A DNA stretch of 64,000 bases from Methanobacteriota archaeon (GTDB lineage Archaea > Halobacteriota > Bog-38 > Methanoflorentales > Methanoflorentaceae). The notes beneath the pieces were generated by a model, which made no database searches, was not told the DNA's origin, and saw nothing but the letters and a program-made list of their open reading frames with translations. The position numbers and the translations under genes were made by a program. Of the stretch, positions 9,452 through 19,902 are shown in pieces. How positions within the stretch are numbered: position 1 is the first letter of the stretch; each line of letters begins with the position of its first letter. The DNA is taken from assembly GCA_963720465.1 (NCBI GenBank), contig OY970393.1, positions 224,001 through 288,000 of the forward strand. The letters run 5' to 3'.

Positions 9452-10454
9452 ATGGACGAATATTTAGCTCTTTTTCCATATACGGCTGCAGCAGCACGTT
9501 ACGTAGAAGCATCCGCAAGGACCTTTGACTCTCTCATGACCGCTGGGGAGTTCTCTGAGAGCGTCCTCAACAAAAGCGTTCACCGAGTCGCACGAGCGAT
9601 CGATAGCGACGTCCATTCAAAGCCAGTCGAGCGTGACGATTGTGAAATTGAGCTCTTCTCTTACGTCATGGGGAGGGTATTAGTCTCGTGCATTCGTGAA
9701 GCGGTTCTGGTTCAGAAATATGCAAACACGGAAGCCCACGGCGCATTTAGCAAGTTGCGCAACGCCAGCGAACGACTTCAGGACGAGTACATTGCAAGGC
9801 TGCTGGAGGACTTTGAGATACCCGTATCGGAAGACAACAATATTTTCGAGTTGCATTTCGCGGACTTGATCAAGTATACGGGTAGATTAAGAGGGCCACA
9901 GTGGCGCCTCGTTAACCTATTGAACAGAGGCCACGTAACTCTTGCAAAAAATGAGATGATCCAGGTTTTGGCCGAGGCCGTGAGGCTCAAGGTGCTACGC
10001 GGGCTGCCACTAAAACTGAGCAGCAAAATGTGCGAAGAACTTGCGCCTTACACCTCACCCTTGAAAAAAGCGGTCTCTGTAGCCTCATCGCGCCCTGCTG
10101 ATTCTGGTCCTGTGATTTTGGAAGCGTGCCCTCCGTGCATGAAAGCGCTGCTTTCGCAAGTAAAAGCTGGACAGAACCTCTCACATCCCGGTCGATTCGC
10201 GTTGACCTCCTTTTTAGCGAACATAGGTATGAAAGCCGAGGAGATCGTGCGTATCTATGAAACATCTCCAGATTTCGACTACGAACTTACGCGTTATCAG
10301 GTCGATCACATAAAGGGAGCGTCGGGGAAAGACTACGTCCCTCCCGGATGTTCAACGATGGAGACCTACGGCAATTGTACCTGAGACCACAGGCCTGTGT
10401 AAACGTATCTCTCATCCGCTCTCGTATTACCGAGCGCGACTTAAGCATCAGTAA
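9452..10454 (+). CDS. priL: DNA primase large subunit (frameshift near 10378; last 25 codons in another frame)
   Basis: FPY, WRLVN, PPCM, NLSH.GRF, YQVDHI, Y.PP.C.TM...GNC; the shifted frame continues VPETTGLCKRISHPLSYY to TAA at 10452-10454. Confidence 0.9.
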
Positions 10455-10563
10455 GACAGCCGATGACCCTAGAACCAAGAAGAGCAATGAACTGTGGCCG
10501 TTTATGAGTTACTGAAAAAGAGGTGGCCGTACCTGGCAACGCCTCGCGGTCAGGTGCAAGCGC

Positions 10564-11715
10564 GTGAATCCGGAAACGAAAGCATTCCTCCAGAGAAAAT
10601 TTGGCGATTACTATCGTAAGGCTTCAGTTGGGCTCCCACCGCAGTTCAAGAAACGAGAATGGGCATTTGTTCTTTTTGACTCAAGTTATCCGAAGCTTGT
10701 AATGCGACGCCACAAAGCTTTTAGCTCGAATAAAGAAGTGCGCACATATTTGGGCGCAGTCGCACCGGCTCATGTGTACCATTCAACCGCGTGCTATGCG
10801 TATCCCAGCGCAACACGCATGCAAGACAAGAAGTGGGAAGGCGCAGACATAATCTTCGATCTCGATGCGGATAAGCTCTTGACGAAGTCTGTGCCTTCGT
10901 ATGCGGGCATGCTTCAAGAGGTAAAAGAGGAAACCACTAAACTGCTGGATTTCCTGATGAATGATTTCGGCTTGGACGAGAAGGACTTCAGTATCGTGTT
11001 TTCGGGTGGTCGTGGTTACCACGTCCATTTACGGGAAAATAAACTAGCTGCCCTAGGCAGTCACGAACGGCGAGAGGTTGTGAACTATTTGACAGGAACG
11101 GGCCTTGAGGCAGAGTATCTACTGAAACGCTCAAGCAAAACTGCAATGCCCGGGGACACCAGCTGTTGGGAGATTAGAATAAGGGCGTGGATTGACGAGT
11201 ATTTCAAGCGGATACGCGGACTTGATGCAAAAATTGCGATAAATGAGCTTGCACCCGTCAAGGCTATCGGCAAGCGGCGCGCCAAAGAAATTGTCGACGC
11301 GCTGTCGCAAGACGCATCGATCCAACCTTTGGTAGAGTCAAAGCTAATTTCGCTAAACGCATGGAAAAGCTTAATCAGAGAAGCTATCTCGCATTTAAAG
11401 GTCCGCATCGATGTGCCGGTTACCGCGGACATAAAGAGACTGATTCGGCTGCCCACGTCGTTGCACGGCGGCTCTGGCCTTCAGGTCACGCCTTTGACTC
11501 TCGATGGCTTCCGTCGCTTTTCACCGCTCAATGACGCTGTCGTCTTCGGTGACAATTCGGTTTCGGTCAGGATTCTCACGCCGGCTACGACTGAAATTAT
11601 GGGTGAAACTATTAAGGTTGATCAAAGTACAACAGAGCTACCAGAACACACGGCCGTTTATCTCATGGCGCGAGGACTTGCCGAATATGAATCTCGACGA
11701 CTTGAAAGTGATTAG
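10564..11715 (+). CDS. priS: DNA primase catalytic subunit
   Basis: REWAF, MRRHKAF, FDLDAD, FSGGRGYHVH, IDVPVTADIKRLIRLP.SLHG. Confidence 0.95.
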   Translation: MNPETKAFLQRKFGDYYRKASVGLPPQFKKREWAFVLFDSSYPKLVMRRHKAFSSNKEVRTYLGAVAPAHVYHSTACYAYPSATRMQDKKWEGADIIFDLDADKLLTKSVPSYAGMLQEVKEETTKLLDFLMNDFGLDEKDFSIVFSGGRGYHVHLRENKLAALGSHERREVVNYLTGTGLEAEYLLKRSSKTAMPGDTSCWEIRIRAWIDEYFKRIRGLDAKIAINELAPVKAIGKRRAKEIVDALSQDASIQPLVESKLISLNAWKSLIREAISHLKVRIDVPVTADIKRLIRLPTSLHGGSGLQVTPLTLDGFRRFSPLNDAVVFGDNSVSVRILTPATTEIMGETIKVDQSTTELPEHTAVYLMARGLAEYESRRLESD

Positions 11716-12445
11716 AAACGAGGAACGCCGCTCGCGACGATTGACGCAATTAAAGAATAGCTTCTATTCAGAGTTCAAAGAATACATGGATTCACTCAAG
11801 ACAAGCGATGATCCGCAAAGAAAAGATGAACTTGAGAATGCTCTGCAAGTCGCAGACGCAATTTATGATAAACGCGCCGCGAAAATAATCAAGTTGGCGG
11901 CGCTTGCGGCAAAAGGGCACACGGAAGACGTATCGCTAGCTGACGCCGAAGCTGAAGTCTACGATTCGGTTTACAAGGTATTCACGTATTACCGGGACCG
12001 CGTACTCGGACAAATGGAATTAGACGTCGCCGCTCCGGCAAGCGAGCCAGTGCTATCAAATGAAAACCGTCGGACCACTGTTGCACTGCCGAAACAGGAA
12101 TCTGATCGCGTTGAGCTTGACGCTACGAGCTTCGAACAGCCTCTGAAGAAAGGACCGGCACTTCAGTCCTTAATTGAGTCCAATGAAGAAGATGAGGACA
12201 GTGCAGACGAAAGCGAGGGGCTGCTCAGCGACGAAAGCACTTTAATACGAGAACGCGGGAATATGAGATACCTCCGAGTGCGAGTGTTGGCTGACATTCC
12301 CACATTCATAGGACTGGACGGCGAAAACTACAAGCTCGGAGAAGGCGACTCGGTTATGTTGCCTGAAGGGAATGCTCGGGCATTGTGCGATCGCCGTATG
12401 GGTATCATAGTCGGTGATAAACTTGAAGATGCCAAAGAAGATTAG
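11687..12445 (+). CDS. GINS complex subunit (Gins51-like)
   Basis: ER..L..L...[11 protein letters not shown], acidic linker, C-term [19 protein letters not shown]...LP..NA..L; follows priS. Confidence 0.85.
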   Translation: MNLDDLKVIRNEERRSRRLTQLKNSFYSEFKEYMDSLKTSDDPQRKDELENALQVADAIYDKRAAKIIKLAALAAKGHTEDVSLADAEAEVYDSVYKVFTYYRDRVLGQMELDVAAPASEPVLSNENRRTTVALPKQESDRVELDATSFEQPLKKGPALQSLIESNEEDEDSADESEGLLSDESTLIRERGNMRYLRVRVLADIPTFIGLDGENYKLGEGDSVMLPEGNARALCDRRMGIIVGDKLEDAKED

Positions 12446-12704
12446 GTCAATATGCCCGGTGTGTCGAAAGCACACAACTCACGAAGTTGAGAAGGTGCGA
12501 AAAGGGCGCGCATCATCTTTAACGTGGATCTCGCGTCAAAAAAAGCGGCGCAGCGGCATTGGTAATCTCGGCAAGTTTTCCAAGGTTCCGGGCGGAGACA
12601 AACCAACCAAGCGCATCAACGTTCGCTACCGCTGTACCGAATGTAACAAAGCGCACACAAGGAAAGGATTCAGAGTATCGAAGTTCGAGTTAGTGGAGGT
12701 GTGA
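12423..12704 (+). CDS. rpl44e: 50S ribosomal protein L44e
   Basis: KMPKK...[27 protein letters not shown]. Confidence 0.95.
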   Translation: MKMPKKIRSICPVCRKHTTHEVEKVRKGRASSLTWISRQKKRRSGIGNLGKFSKVPGGDKPTKRINVRYRCTECNKAHTRKGFRVSKFELVEV

Positions 12705-12869
12705 GTGGTGAGTAAATTCCTGCGCGTAAGATGTGCGGATTGTGAGAATATCCAGATTATCTTCGGCAATGCGTCTTCGGTAGTAAACTGCATAGTCTGT
12801 GGGAGAACTCTTGTTGAGCCGCGCGGCGGGAGGGCAGAGATAAGGACACAAATACTTGAGGTCTTATGA
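12705..12869 (+). CDS. rps27e: 30S ribosomal protein S27e
   Basis: Not in ORF track. Manual translation: (M)[53 protein letters not shown]. Confidence 0.93.
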   Translation: MVSKFLRVRCADCENIQIIFGNASSVVNCIVCGRTLVEPRGGRAEIRTQILEVL

Positions 12870-13639
12870 AAAAAGGCTGGCCAGAGATCGGAGACTTGGT
12901 CGTTTGTACAGTGGTTAACGTAGTCGACTTTGGAGCATTTGTTCAACTCGACGAGTACGACAAGAAGGAGGGGCTAATTCACATCTCCGAAGTTGCGTCT
13001 GGGTGGGTAAAGTACATAAGAGATCACGTACGGGAAGGTCAAAAGATCGTGTGCAAGGTCCTGAACGTCGATCCGAGTCGTAGCCACATAGATCTCTCGT
13101 TTAAGGACGTTAATGAGCATCAGAGACGCTCCAAAATTCAGGAATGGAAGAGCGAACAAAAAGCCGAAAAGTGGCTAGAATTTGTAGCCGAAGCTACTGG
13201 GGCGGACAAAGATGCGCTCTATGATCAACTCGCTGACAAATTCGACGGTCTTTACTATGTCTTCGAGGATGCAGCCATGCGGGGCCCAGAAGCTCTCAAA
13301 GGACTTCAGCCCGAGGTTGCCGCTCAAATTGCACTCGTTGCTAAGGAGAACGTAAAAATACCTTACGTGTACATCACAGGCTACGTAGATTTGACTTGTC
13401 CGCAACCGAACGGGATAGACGTTATCAAACGTGCGCTGAAAGCCGCCATGAAGTCTGAAGATGATGATGTTAGCTTTGACGTGAGCTACATCGGGGCGCC
13501 TCGCTACCGTATAAGGATAGTCGCCCTCGATTATAAAATCGCCGAAAACGCGATGAAAAGGGCGGCTAACGCAGCTATGGACGTGGTAATAAAGGCCGGC
13601 GGCACGGGAAAGTTTCATAGAGAACTTCAATCATCATAA
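12866..13639 (+). CDS. eif2a: Translation initiation factor aIF2 alpha subunit
   Basis: [13 protein letters not shown]1 domain, [27 protein letters not shown]. Confidence 0.95.
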   Translation: MKKGWPEIGDLVVCTVVNVVDFGAFVQLDEYDKKEGLIHISEVASGWVKYIRDHVREGQKIVCKVLNVDPSRSHIDLSFKDVNEHQRRSKIQEWKSEQKAEKWLEFVAEATGADKDALYDQLADKFDGLYYVFEDAAMRGPEALKGLQPEVAAQIALVAKENVKIPYVYITGYVDLTCPQPNGIDVIKRALKAAMKSEDDDVSFDVSYIGAPRYRIRIVALDYKIAENAMKRAANAAMDVVIKAGGTGKFHRELQSS

Positions 13640-13660
13640 TATAGCGTAACTGTCTCATTA

Positions 13661-13828
13661 ATGCTGAAGATGAAGCTTCGAAAATGTCACGGCTACACCT
13701 TAGAGGAAAAATGCCGGACGTGCGGACAACCGACGGTGGCGGCACGCCCAGCGCGATTCTCACCGGAGGATCGATACGGCAAGTATCGGAGAATGCTCAA
13801 GCGCGAGGCAGCTGCACAATCAAAGTGA
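13661..13828 (+). CDS. nop10: H/ACA RNP protein Nop10
   Basis: Not in ORF track. Manual translation: MLKMKLRKCHGYTLEEKCRTCGQPTVAARPARFSPEDRYGKYRRMLK; P.RFSPED.YG.YR signature; conserved position after aIF2a. Confidence 0.92.
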   Translation: MLKMKLRKCHGYTLEEKCRTCGQPTVAARPARFSPEDRYGKYRRMLKREAAAQSK

Positions 13829-13870
13829 GCTTAAAGCTAAGTTGAAGATTTTTTAACAAGTGGGATCTAG

Positions 13871-14632
13871 ATGGAGCGAATAGAAGTCAAGCGAATCACA
13901 GACGTGAAATTGAAAAAGCCGATTCTGGTAGAGGGATTGCCAGGGATTGGACACGTGGGAAAGCTCGTGGCTGAGCACATGATTGACGAACTTGGCGCGA
14001 AAAAAATCGTCGAAGTGTACTCCTCGCATTTTCCCCCCCAGGTGATCGTGCTTGCTGATGGCTCAGTCAGAATGGTTAGAAGCGAATTATATGCGGTCAA
14101 CAGCGGCAAGCAGGATCTGCTGATCCTCGTCGGTGATCATCAAAGCGCGACAAACGAGGGGCATTACGAGCTGACTAGCGCGTACCTGGAACTAGCCAAA
14201 GAAAACGGCGTGCAAAGGATTTACACACTTGGCGGCTACGGGCTCGGACAGCTTGTAGAGAAGCCTGCGGTCTTGGGGGCTGTGAACAACTTAGCGCTGA
14301 TTGAAGAAATGAAACGATACGGCGTGGTTTTCAAAGAGAATGAGCCAGGAGGGGGCATCGTAGGCGCTTCTGGATTGTTGCTGGGTCTTGGCGGCCTTAT
14401 GGGCATTGACGGGATCTGTTTGATGGGCGAAACATCTGGTTACTTGGTCGATCCAAAGAGCGCCCAGGCAGTCCTGACAGTCCTATGTAAGGCGTTAAAC
14501 ATTGACATTAACATGCAAGCGCTGGAAGACCGAGCAAAAGACATGGAAAAAATTGTTGCTCGACTCAGGGAAATGGAGCAAACGGGGATGCACGAAGTGG
14601 CGAGCGAAGAGGATCTCCGTTACATACGTTAA
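13871..14632 (+). CDS. PAC2-family proteasome assembly chaperone-like protein
   Basis: EGLPGIGHVGKL, FPPQV, GDHQ, GGIVGASGLL, LMGETSGYLVDPKSA. Confidence 0.9.
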   Translation: MERIEVKRITDVKLKKPILVEGLPGIGHVGKLVAEHMIDELGAKKIVEVYSSHFPPQVIVLADGSVRMVRSELYAVNSGKQDLLILVGDHQSATNEGHYELTSAYLELAKENGVQRIYTLGGYGLGQLVEKPAVLGAVNNLALIEEMKRYGVVFKENEPGGGIVGASGLLLGLGGLMGIDGICLMGETSGYLVDPKSAQAVLTVLCKALNIDINMQALEDRAKDMEKIVARLREMEQTGMHEVASEEDLRYIR

Positions 14633-14716
14633 GCATTCGCCTGTCGAGCCTCGAAACGTTCTGCGCTTCTCGGTACGCACTCTTTGCTCGCCAACGCAGC
14701 TAGAAGGAGGTTAACC

Positions 14717-14884
14717 GTGATTCAAGTCAATATTGAGAAATGCGGACACTGTGGCGCCTGTGTGTCAGTTTGCCCGACTAATTCGATAACGCTCATCGAG
14801 TCATGCCTCGAAATCGCAGAAAGTTGTACGGCGTGCGAGACGTGTATCACAATATGCCCCGTCGGCGCGCTCTTCGTTTCCTGA
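14717..14884 (+). CDS. 2[4Fe-4S] ferredoxin, probable electron donor to GGR
   Basis: CGHCGACVSVCP and CTACETCITICP; GGAGG RBS before GTG 14717. Confidence 0.9.
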   Translation: MIQVNIEKCGHCGACVSVCPTNSITLIESCLEIAESCTACETCITICPVGALFVS

Positions 14885-14894
14885 ACCGGGAGGC

Positions 14895-16073
14895 GTGAGT
14901 GTGAAAAGCGAATACGATATCATAGTAGTGGGGGCGGGGCCTGCCGGAGCTTTCGCTGCGGCGACAGCCGCACCCGAATGTGACGTTCTTTTGGTTGAAA
15001 AGCGCCAAGAAATCGGCGATCCCGTTCGGTGCGCTGAAGGCATATCAAAAGTGGGGCTCTCGAAGTTTTTACGACCGCAGAAAAGGTGGATCGCGAACAA
15101 AGTGGCCAGCGCCCGCATATTTGCGCCTGATGGAACGAGATTGGACGTTTCAGAAGAACTCGCGGGTCCAGAGGTAGGCTACGTGCTCGAGCGTAAGATT
15201 TTTGATCGAGACCTTGCGAAGCGGGCAGCTCGAGCAGGAGCTGATGTGGTAGTCAGGACGCGCGCGACAGGGGTCATTACAGAAAATGGGTTCATACGTG
15301 GCATCGAGGCTCGGCATTTAGGCGAATCTCTTGAAATCCGTGCAGCTGTTGTCATCGCGGCCGATGGCATCGAGTCACAAGTCGGCCGGTGGGCTGGCAT
15401 TAACACCACTCTTCGACCCAAAGACCTCGAAAGCTGCGCCCAATACCTTATGGCCAACGTCGATTTGCTGGACGACTGCTGCGATTTTTATCTCGGTTCG
15501 GCGGCTCCCGGGGGCTACGCCTGGGCATTCCCGAAGGGACCACAAGCAGCAAATATCGGGCTTGGTGTCCTCGCGAGCAAACTGAACGGCAAGCATCCAA
15601 TCGACTATCTAGACGCGTTTGTGAAAAAGCATTACCCCAGCGGCCAGCCAGTTGAATTGAACGTTGGAGGCGTCCCAGTCAGCAATGCCGTCCGTAAAAC
15701 AGCAGGAGACGGCATTATGCTAGTCGGTGATGCTGCCCATCACACTGATCCTATAACTGGCGGCGGCATAATTAACGCTTTAGAGGGTGGCAAACTGGCA
15801 GGCGAAGTTGCCAAGGAAGCTATCCGAGCGAAAGACCCGTCTGCTAAGGTTTTGAAGCGATATGAAGCGGCTTGGCGCGCGTCTTTCGGGAAAAAGCTCG
15901 AACGAAATTACAAAATAAAGGACATCTTTGTCAATCTGCCCGATGAGGAGTTGAACAAGCTCGTCCGATCACTCGAAGGGCTGCCGCTCGAGGAGATGAG
16001 CGTTGCAGGAATAGTAAGGCGTATTATCTCCCGCAATCCGCGGCTGCTAGCTGGAGTGCGTCATTTGTTTTGA
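14895..16073 (+). CDS. Digeranylgeranylglycerophospholipid reductase (GGR)
   Basis: GAGPAG, PVRCAEG, ADGIES, PGGYAWAFPK, GDAA...P.TGGGI. Confidence 0.92.
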   Translation: MSVKSEYDIIVVGAGPAGAFAAATAAPECDVLLVEKRQEIGDPVRCAEGISKVGLSKFLRPQKRWIANKVASARIFAPDGTRLDVSEELAGPEVGYVLERKIFDRDLAKRAARAGADVVVRTRATGVITENGFIRGIEARHLGESLEIRAAVVIAADGIESQVGRWAGINTTLRPKDLESCAQYLMANVDLLDDCCDFYLGSAAPGGYAWAFPKGPQAANIGLGVLASKLNGKHPIDYLDAFVKKHYPSGQPVELNVGGVPVSNAVRKTAGDGIMLVGDAAHHTDPITGGGIINALEGGKLAGEVAKEAIRAKDPSAKVLKRYEAAWRASFGKKLERNYKIKDIFVNLPDEELNKLVRSLEGLPLEEMSVAGIVRRIISRNPRLLAGVRHLF

Positions 16074-16086
16074 GGCAAATTAAGCC

Positions 16087-16737
16087 ATGAAGCTTGCTGG
16101 TGTGGATGAAGCAGGCAAAGGAGCGGTTCTGGGATCTCTTTTCGTTGCAGGAGTTTGTATTGACTCTTCGGGACTGAAGTACTTGGAGAGGATGGGGCTT
16201 AAAGACTCAAAAGTGCTGAGCGCAAAGCGGCGCGAATTTCTATCGAAGCGGATCGAAAAGGTATGCGCTGTGCAATTGCAAGAGATTACCGCTCAACAAA
16301 TAGATGAACTAAGAACGGTGCTCACTATCAACGAAATTCTCGTGAGAGGCCATGCTCAAGCCTTGCGATATTTAAAGCCCGATGTAGCATTTGTTGACGC
16401 TGCTGACGTAAATGAGTCGCGATTCTCTGAGCGCGTGAAGGAAGCGAGCGGGATAAACAAGGTAATCGCCGAGCACAATGCAGATACAAATTACGCTATT
16501 GTGTCGGCTGCGTCAATCATCGCCAAAGTAAGCAGAGACACCAGCATAAGAGCCCTCGAACGCTCTCTCGGTGTCACTATTGGCAGTGGTTATCCGTCAG
16601 ACGTAACCACGATTGCTTTTTTGAAAAAGTGGTTGGACACGCGGGGTGACCTGCCACCTGGAACGAGACGTTCTTGGAAAACGGCTCAGAACTTGTTGAG
16701 TTCTACCCCTGAGAAGCACGAAAGCAGCTCTTCCTAA
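16087..16737 (+). CDS. rnhB: Ribonuclease HII
   Basis: [42 protein letters not shown]. Confidence 0.95.
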   Translation: MKLAGVDEAGKGAVLGSLFVAGVCIDSSGLKYLERMGLKDSKVLSAKRREFLSKRIEKVCAVQLQEITAQQIDELRTVLTINEILVRGHAQALRYLKPDVAFVDAADVNESRFSERVKEASGINKVIAEHNADTNYAIVSAASIIAKVSRDTSIRALERSLGVTIGSGYPSDVTTIAFLKKWLDTRGDLPPGTRRSWKTAQNLLSSTPEKHESSSS

Positions 16738-16767
16738 CGTGAACAACTAAAACGTTGTCGCGACGCT

Positions 16768-17568
16768 TTATCTCAGCTTCGTCAAGACTTTTTCAAAAAA
16801 ACTCTTTTCGACAAGAACAAACAGCGATTTCTGATCATCTTTGTCAAAGCGGATCTCATCGTCTTTGTGAACGGTTTCATTATATTGCCCGTCAATGACG
16901 ATAGCAGCGTCCTTCTCCTCTATTTTGATGACTACGGTGCTCTCACCATACACGACCCAAGAACGGACGGAAAGCCGATAGGGCGCAAGAGGGACAATAA
17001 GGAATGCATCTACTCGTGGATCCACGATCGGACCGCCGGCGCTCATTGCGTACGCGGTTGACCCCGTAGGCGTAGCGACGATAACGCCGTCTGCACGCAG
17101 CACATCAAGAACATGATCGTCTACCTTGATGCTGTACTCAAGTATTTTTGCCGGCCGTGAAGTGACGATTACCGCTTCATTGGTAGCGGACGGCAGGCGT
17201 CGGCCATTGACTGACACTGCCAGTCTCGAGTGTGCCGAGACACGGAAGCCGTCGAGCAGGCGTTCAACGACGCTGAGCGCCTTTTCTGGGCTGACTTCCG
17301 CCAGGAAGCCTACTTTTCCGACGTTTATGCCCACCACTGGAATCGGGTGTGGAATGTTTTGCAGAACTCGCAGGATCGTCCCGTCGCCGCCTACGGTCAC
17401 TATTACGTCGACGTCGAAGCGTTCGAGTTCCATTCCTCCTTGCCCAAGTGCGTGAGCGGTTTGATTGTCATAGATTACGTCAGCACGGCCTTTGACATGG
17501 CGGCCGATTTTGGCAGCTAAGTCAGTTGCTTCTCTAACATCACATCTGGAGACGATTCCTATGCGCAT
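16768..17568 (-). CDS. nadK: NAD kinase
   Basis: GGDGTIL, GFL, NE, ADGVIVATPTGSTAYAMSAGGP. Confidence 0.95.
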   Translation of the reverse strand: MRIGIVSRCDVREATDLAAKIGRHVKGRADVIYDNQTAHALGQGGMELERFDVDVIVTVGGDGTILRVLQNIPHPIPVVGINVGKVGFLAEVSPEKALSVVERLLDGFRVSAHSRLAVSVNGRRLPSATNEAVIVTSRPAKILEYSIKVDDHVLDVLRADGVIVATPTGSTAYAMSAGGPIVDPRVDAFLIVPLAPYRLSVRSWVVYGESTVVIKIEEKDAAIVIDGQYNETVHKDDEIRFDKDDQKSLFVLVEKSFFEKVLTKLR

Positions 17569-17678
17569 TTCTACTGACCCAAATCTCGTCGTTTTCTTGA
17601 ATAGCGTGCGTTGCTGGGCGCTAAGCCTTTTACGTTAATGCGTATACATTTATATTTAATGCTTGTCTATTACCCCGT

Positions 17679-18062
17679 ATGAAGGAGCAAACGGAAATAC
17701 GAACGCTGAAAGTCGGCCGCTACATTATAATTGACGATGAACCCTCCACTATAGTAAATTTGGCAACATCAAAGCCTGGTAAGCACGGATCAGCCAAAGC
17801 GAGGATAGACGCGATCGGCGTTTTCGATGGCCAAAAGCGATCGATCGTGCAGCCGGTTAGCGCCAAGATTTACGTCCCCATTGTCGAACGAAAAGGGGCT
17901 CAAGTTCTTTCTGTTATGGGAAGTGTTGCGCAGCTCATGGATCTCAACGACTATTCGACTTTTGAGATTGAGATTCCGCCAGAGTATAAGCATAAACTGG
18001 AGGCAGGCAAAGACGTCACGTACCTGGAATCGATGGGAAAGCGCAAATTAGATATCAAATAA
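17679..18062 (+). CDS. eif5a: Translation factor aIF5A
   Basis: Hypusine motif SKPGKHGSAK. Confidence 0.97.
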   Translation: MKEQTEIRTLKVGRYIIIDDEPSTIVNLATSKPGKHGSAKARIDAIGVFDGQKRSIVQPVSAKIYVPIVERKGAQVLSVMGSVAQLMDLNDYSTFEIEIPPEYKHKLEAGKDVTYLESMGKRKLDIK

Positions 18063-18093
18063 TAAATTCACTAGACAGTTGACTTTTTGACGC

Positions 18094-18945
18094 ATGATAT
18101 TTGCCGATTCAGGCTCTGATTACGCAAGCAGCAAATACGTTATTCACGGCGTCTTGTTCGACGGCACGTCCTCTTTTAGATCAGGTTCCCGATGGGCGCC
18201 TGAAGCGGTACGCAAAGCTTCGCACAATTTTGAGCCGTACGACTTAGAGTGCGATTGTGAGCTTTCAGAGTCGCTGGTGTGTGATATAGGCGACACGGAG
18301 TATGGCAATGTAGACGACATGATAGCCGATCTGGAGGCAACAACGTCTCGCATAGTGGAAGACGGAAAAGTCCCGATAGCGTTAGGCGGCGAGCACTCAC
18401 TCACTTTTCCATGCGTCAGGGCCCTTGCAAACAAGATGGAGCTCATCGCGGTTATTTTTGATGCGCATCTAGATTTCAAAGAAAATTATCTTGGAAACGA
18501 ATGCGGGCACGCGTGCGTCGCACGAAACGTATTCGGTCTTTCCGTGCCGCTGATTCAAATCGGAATCCGCAGTGGGGCGCGCGATGAGTATGAGAGGGCG
18601 CTAGACACCAGCGCTATTTATACGATGGACCAGATCAGAAGTGTGGGGATTAAGAAAATTTTGAATGATATTGCGCCGTTAGTCGAAAACAGGGCGGTAT
18701 ATCTTTCCATTGACGTGGACGTCCTAGACCCAGCATATGCGCCTGGAGTCGGAAATCCTGAGCCCTATGGGTTGACACCTCTGGAACTGCGAACGGCAAT
18801 CAGAGAGATTTCATCACGCGTGGTCGGTTTCGATATGGTTGAAATCACTCCCGATTACGACATGGGAATTTCGGCTCTTGTCGGCGCGAAACTTGTTCGA
18901 GATTTCTTGTTCGCCCGCTTAATGACGGGCTACGAGAAGCCATGA
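18094..18945 (+). CDS. speB: Agmatinase (ureohydrolase family)
   Basis: GGEHS, DAHLD, HAC, SIDVDVLDPAYAPGVGNPEP. Confidence 0.92.
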   Translation: MIFADSGSDYASSKYVIHGVLFDGTSSFRSGSRWAPEAVRKASHNFEPYDLECDCELSESLVCDIGDTEYGNVDDMIADLEATTSRIVEDGKVPIALGGEHSLTFPCVRALANKMELIAVIFDAHLDFKENYLGNECGHACVARNVFGLSVPLIQIGIRSGARDEYERALDTSAIYTMDQIRSVGIKKILNDIAPLVENRAVYLSIDVDVLDPAYAPGVGNPEPYGLTPLELRTAIREISSRVVGFDMVEITPDYDMGISALVGAKLVRDFLFARLMTGYEKP

Positions 18946-18962
18946 GAAACGGAGACTATTAG

Positions 18963-19877
18963 GTGAACCCTGTCAAACACGCAAAGCTCGGAAAAGGCAT
19001 CACTGTAGCGGACTTAATGAAACAGTATGAAAACTGCGCTTTTGGAGCCGGTCGCCTAGCTCGGGCTGTTAAAATATACAAAGAAATGCAAGCTGAAGAC
19101 GTCACGAGCTTTTTTGGCCTCGCTGGCGCCATGATTCCAGCAGGAATGCGGCAAGTTGTTGCTGACATGGTTAGGCGCGGCGATATTGATGTGCTAGTTA
19201 CCACAGGCGCTAACCTTGTGCACGACATGATCGAAGCTTTCGGGGGCGAGCATTGTCAAGGACAATGCACTGCGAACGACATCGAACTGAAAAACTGCAA
19301 GATTGATAGGATATATGACGTTTATTTGGCCGACCAACATTTCACAACGTTTGAAGAAAGGTTTGACGCGATAGTTGGTGATATTCTAGATTCGCACCCA
19401 CAAAAGCTGTTTACGATTTGCGATTTTTTGCGGGAGATAGGATCGCGCATAGAGGACAAGAACTCTATTCTACGGGCCGCCGTAGATAACGAAGTGCCTG
19501 TGTTTTGTCCTGCCATCGCTGACTCTTCGATCGGGCTTCAGAGTTGGGTGTTTGGGTATAAACGCGATCTTCAAGTCGACACGTTCAAGGATATTCGGCA
19601 AATAATGGATATCTGCTACAAAGCGCGACGAGCAGGGGCGCTTTTTGTTGGCGGAGGCGTTCCAAAGAATTTCATTATGCAGTCTATGCTTCTTATTCCC
19701 AAAGGGTTTGATTTCGCCATTCAACTCACAATGGATACTCCTGAGACTGGGGGGCTCTCCGGTGCCACTTTGGACGAGGCGAAATCATGGGGGAAGATAG
19801 GTGAGCATGCTGATACGGTAACGGTGTATTCAGACGCGACTATCACGCTGCCGATCTTAGTAGCTGCCACATTGTGA
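18963..19877 (+). CDS. dys: Deoxyhypusine synthase
   Basis: TTGANLVHD, DRIYDV, CPAIADSSIG, GGGVPKNF, GGLSGATLDEAKSWGK, DATI. Confidence 0.93.
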   Translation: MNPVKHAKLGKGITVADLMKQYENCAFGAGRLARAVKIYKEMQAEDVTSFFGLAGAMIPAGMRQVVADMVRRGDIDVLVTTGANLVHDMIEAFGGEHCQGQCTANDIELKNCKIDRIYDVYLADQHFTTFEERFDAIVGDILDSHPQKLFTICDFLREIGSRIEDKNSILRAAVDNEVPVFCPAIADSSIGLQSWVFGYKRDLQVDTFKDIRQIMDICYKARRAGALFVGGGVPKNFIMQSMLLIPKGFDFAIQLTMDTPETGGLSGATLDEAKSWGKIGEHADTVTVYSDATITLPILVAATL

Positions 19878-19902
19878 ATACTTGCGACTCGATTTTGAAA
19901 TG

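Noticed and set aside
10382-10384. Selenocysteine readthrough of the priL TGA
   Set aside because: Readthrough gives DHRPV* with no PriL similarity; the conserved tail is in a different frame.
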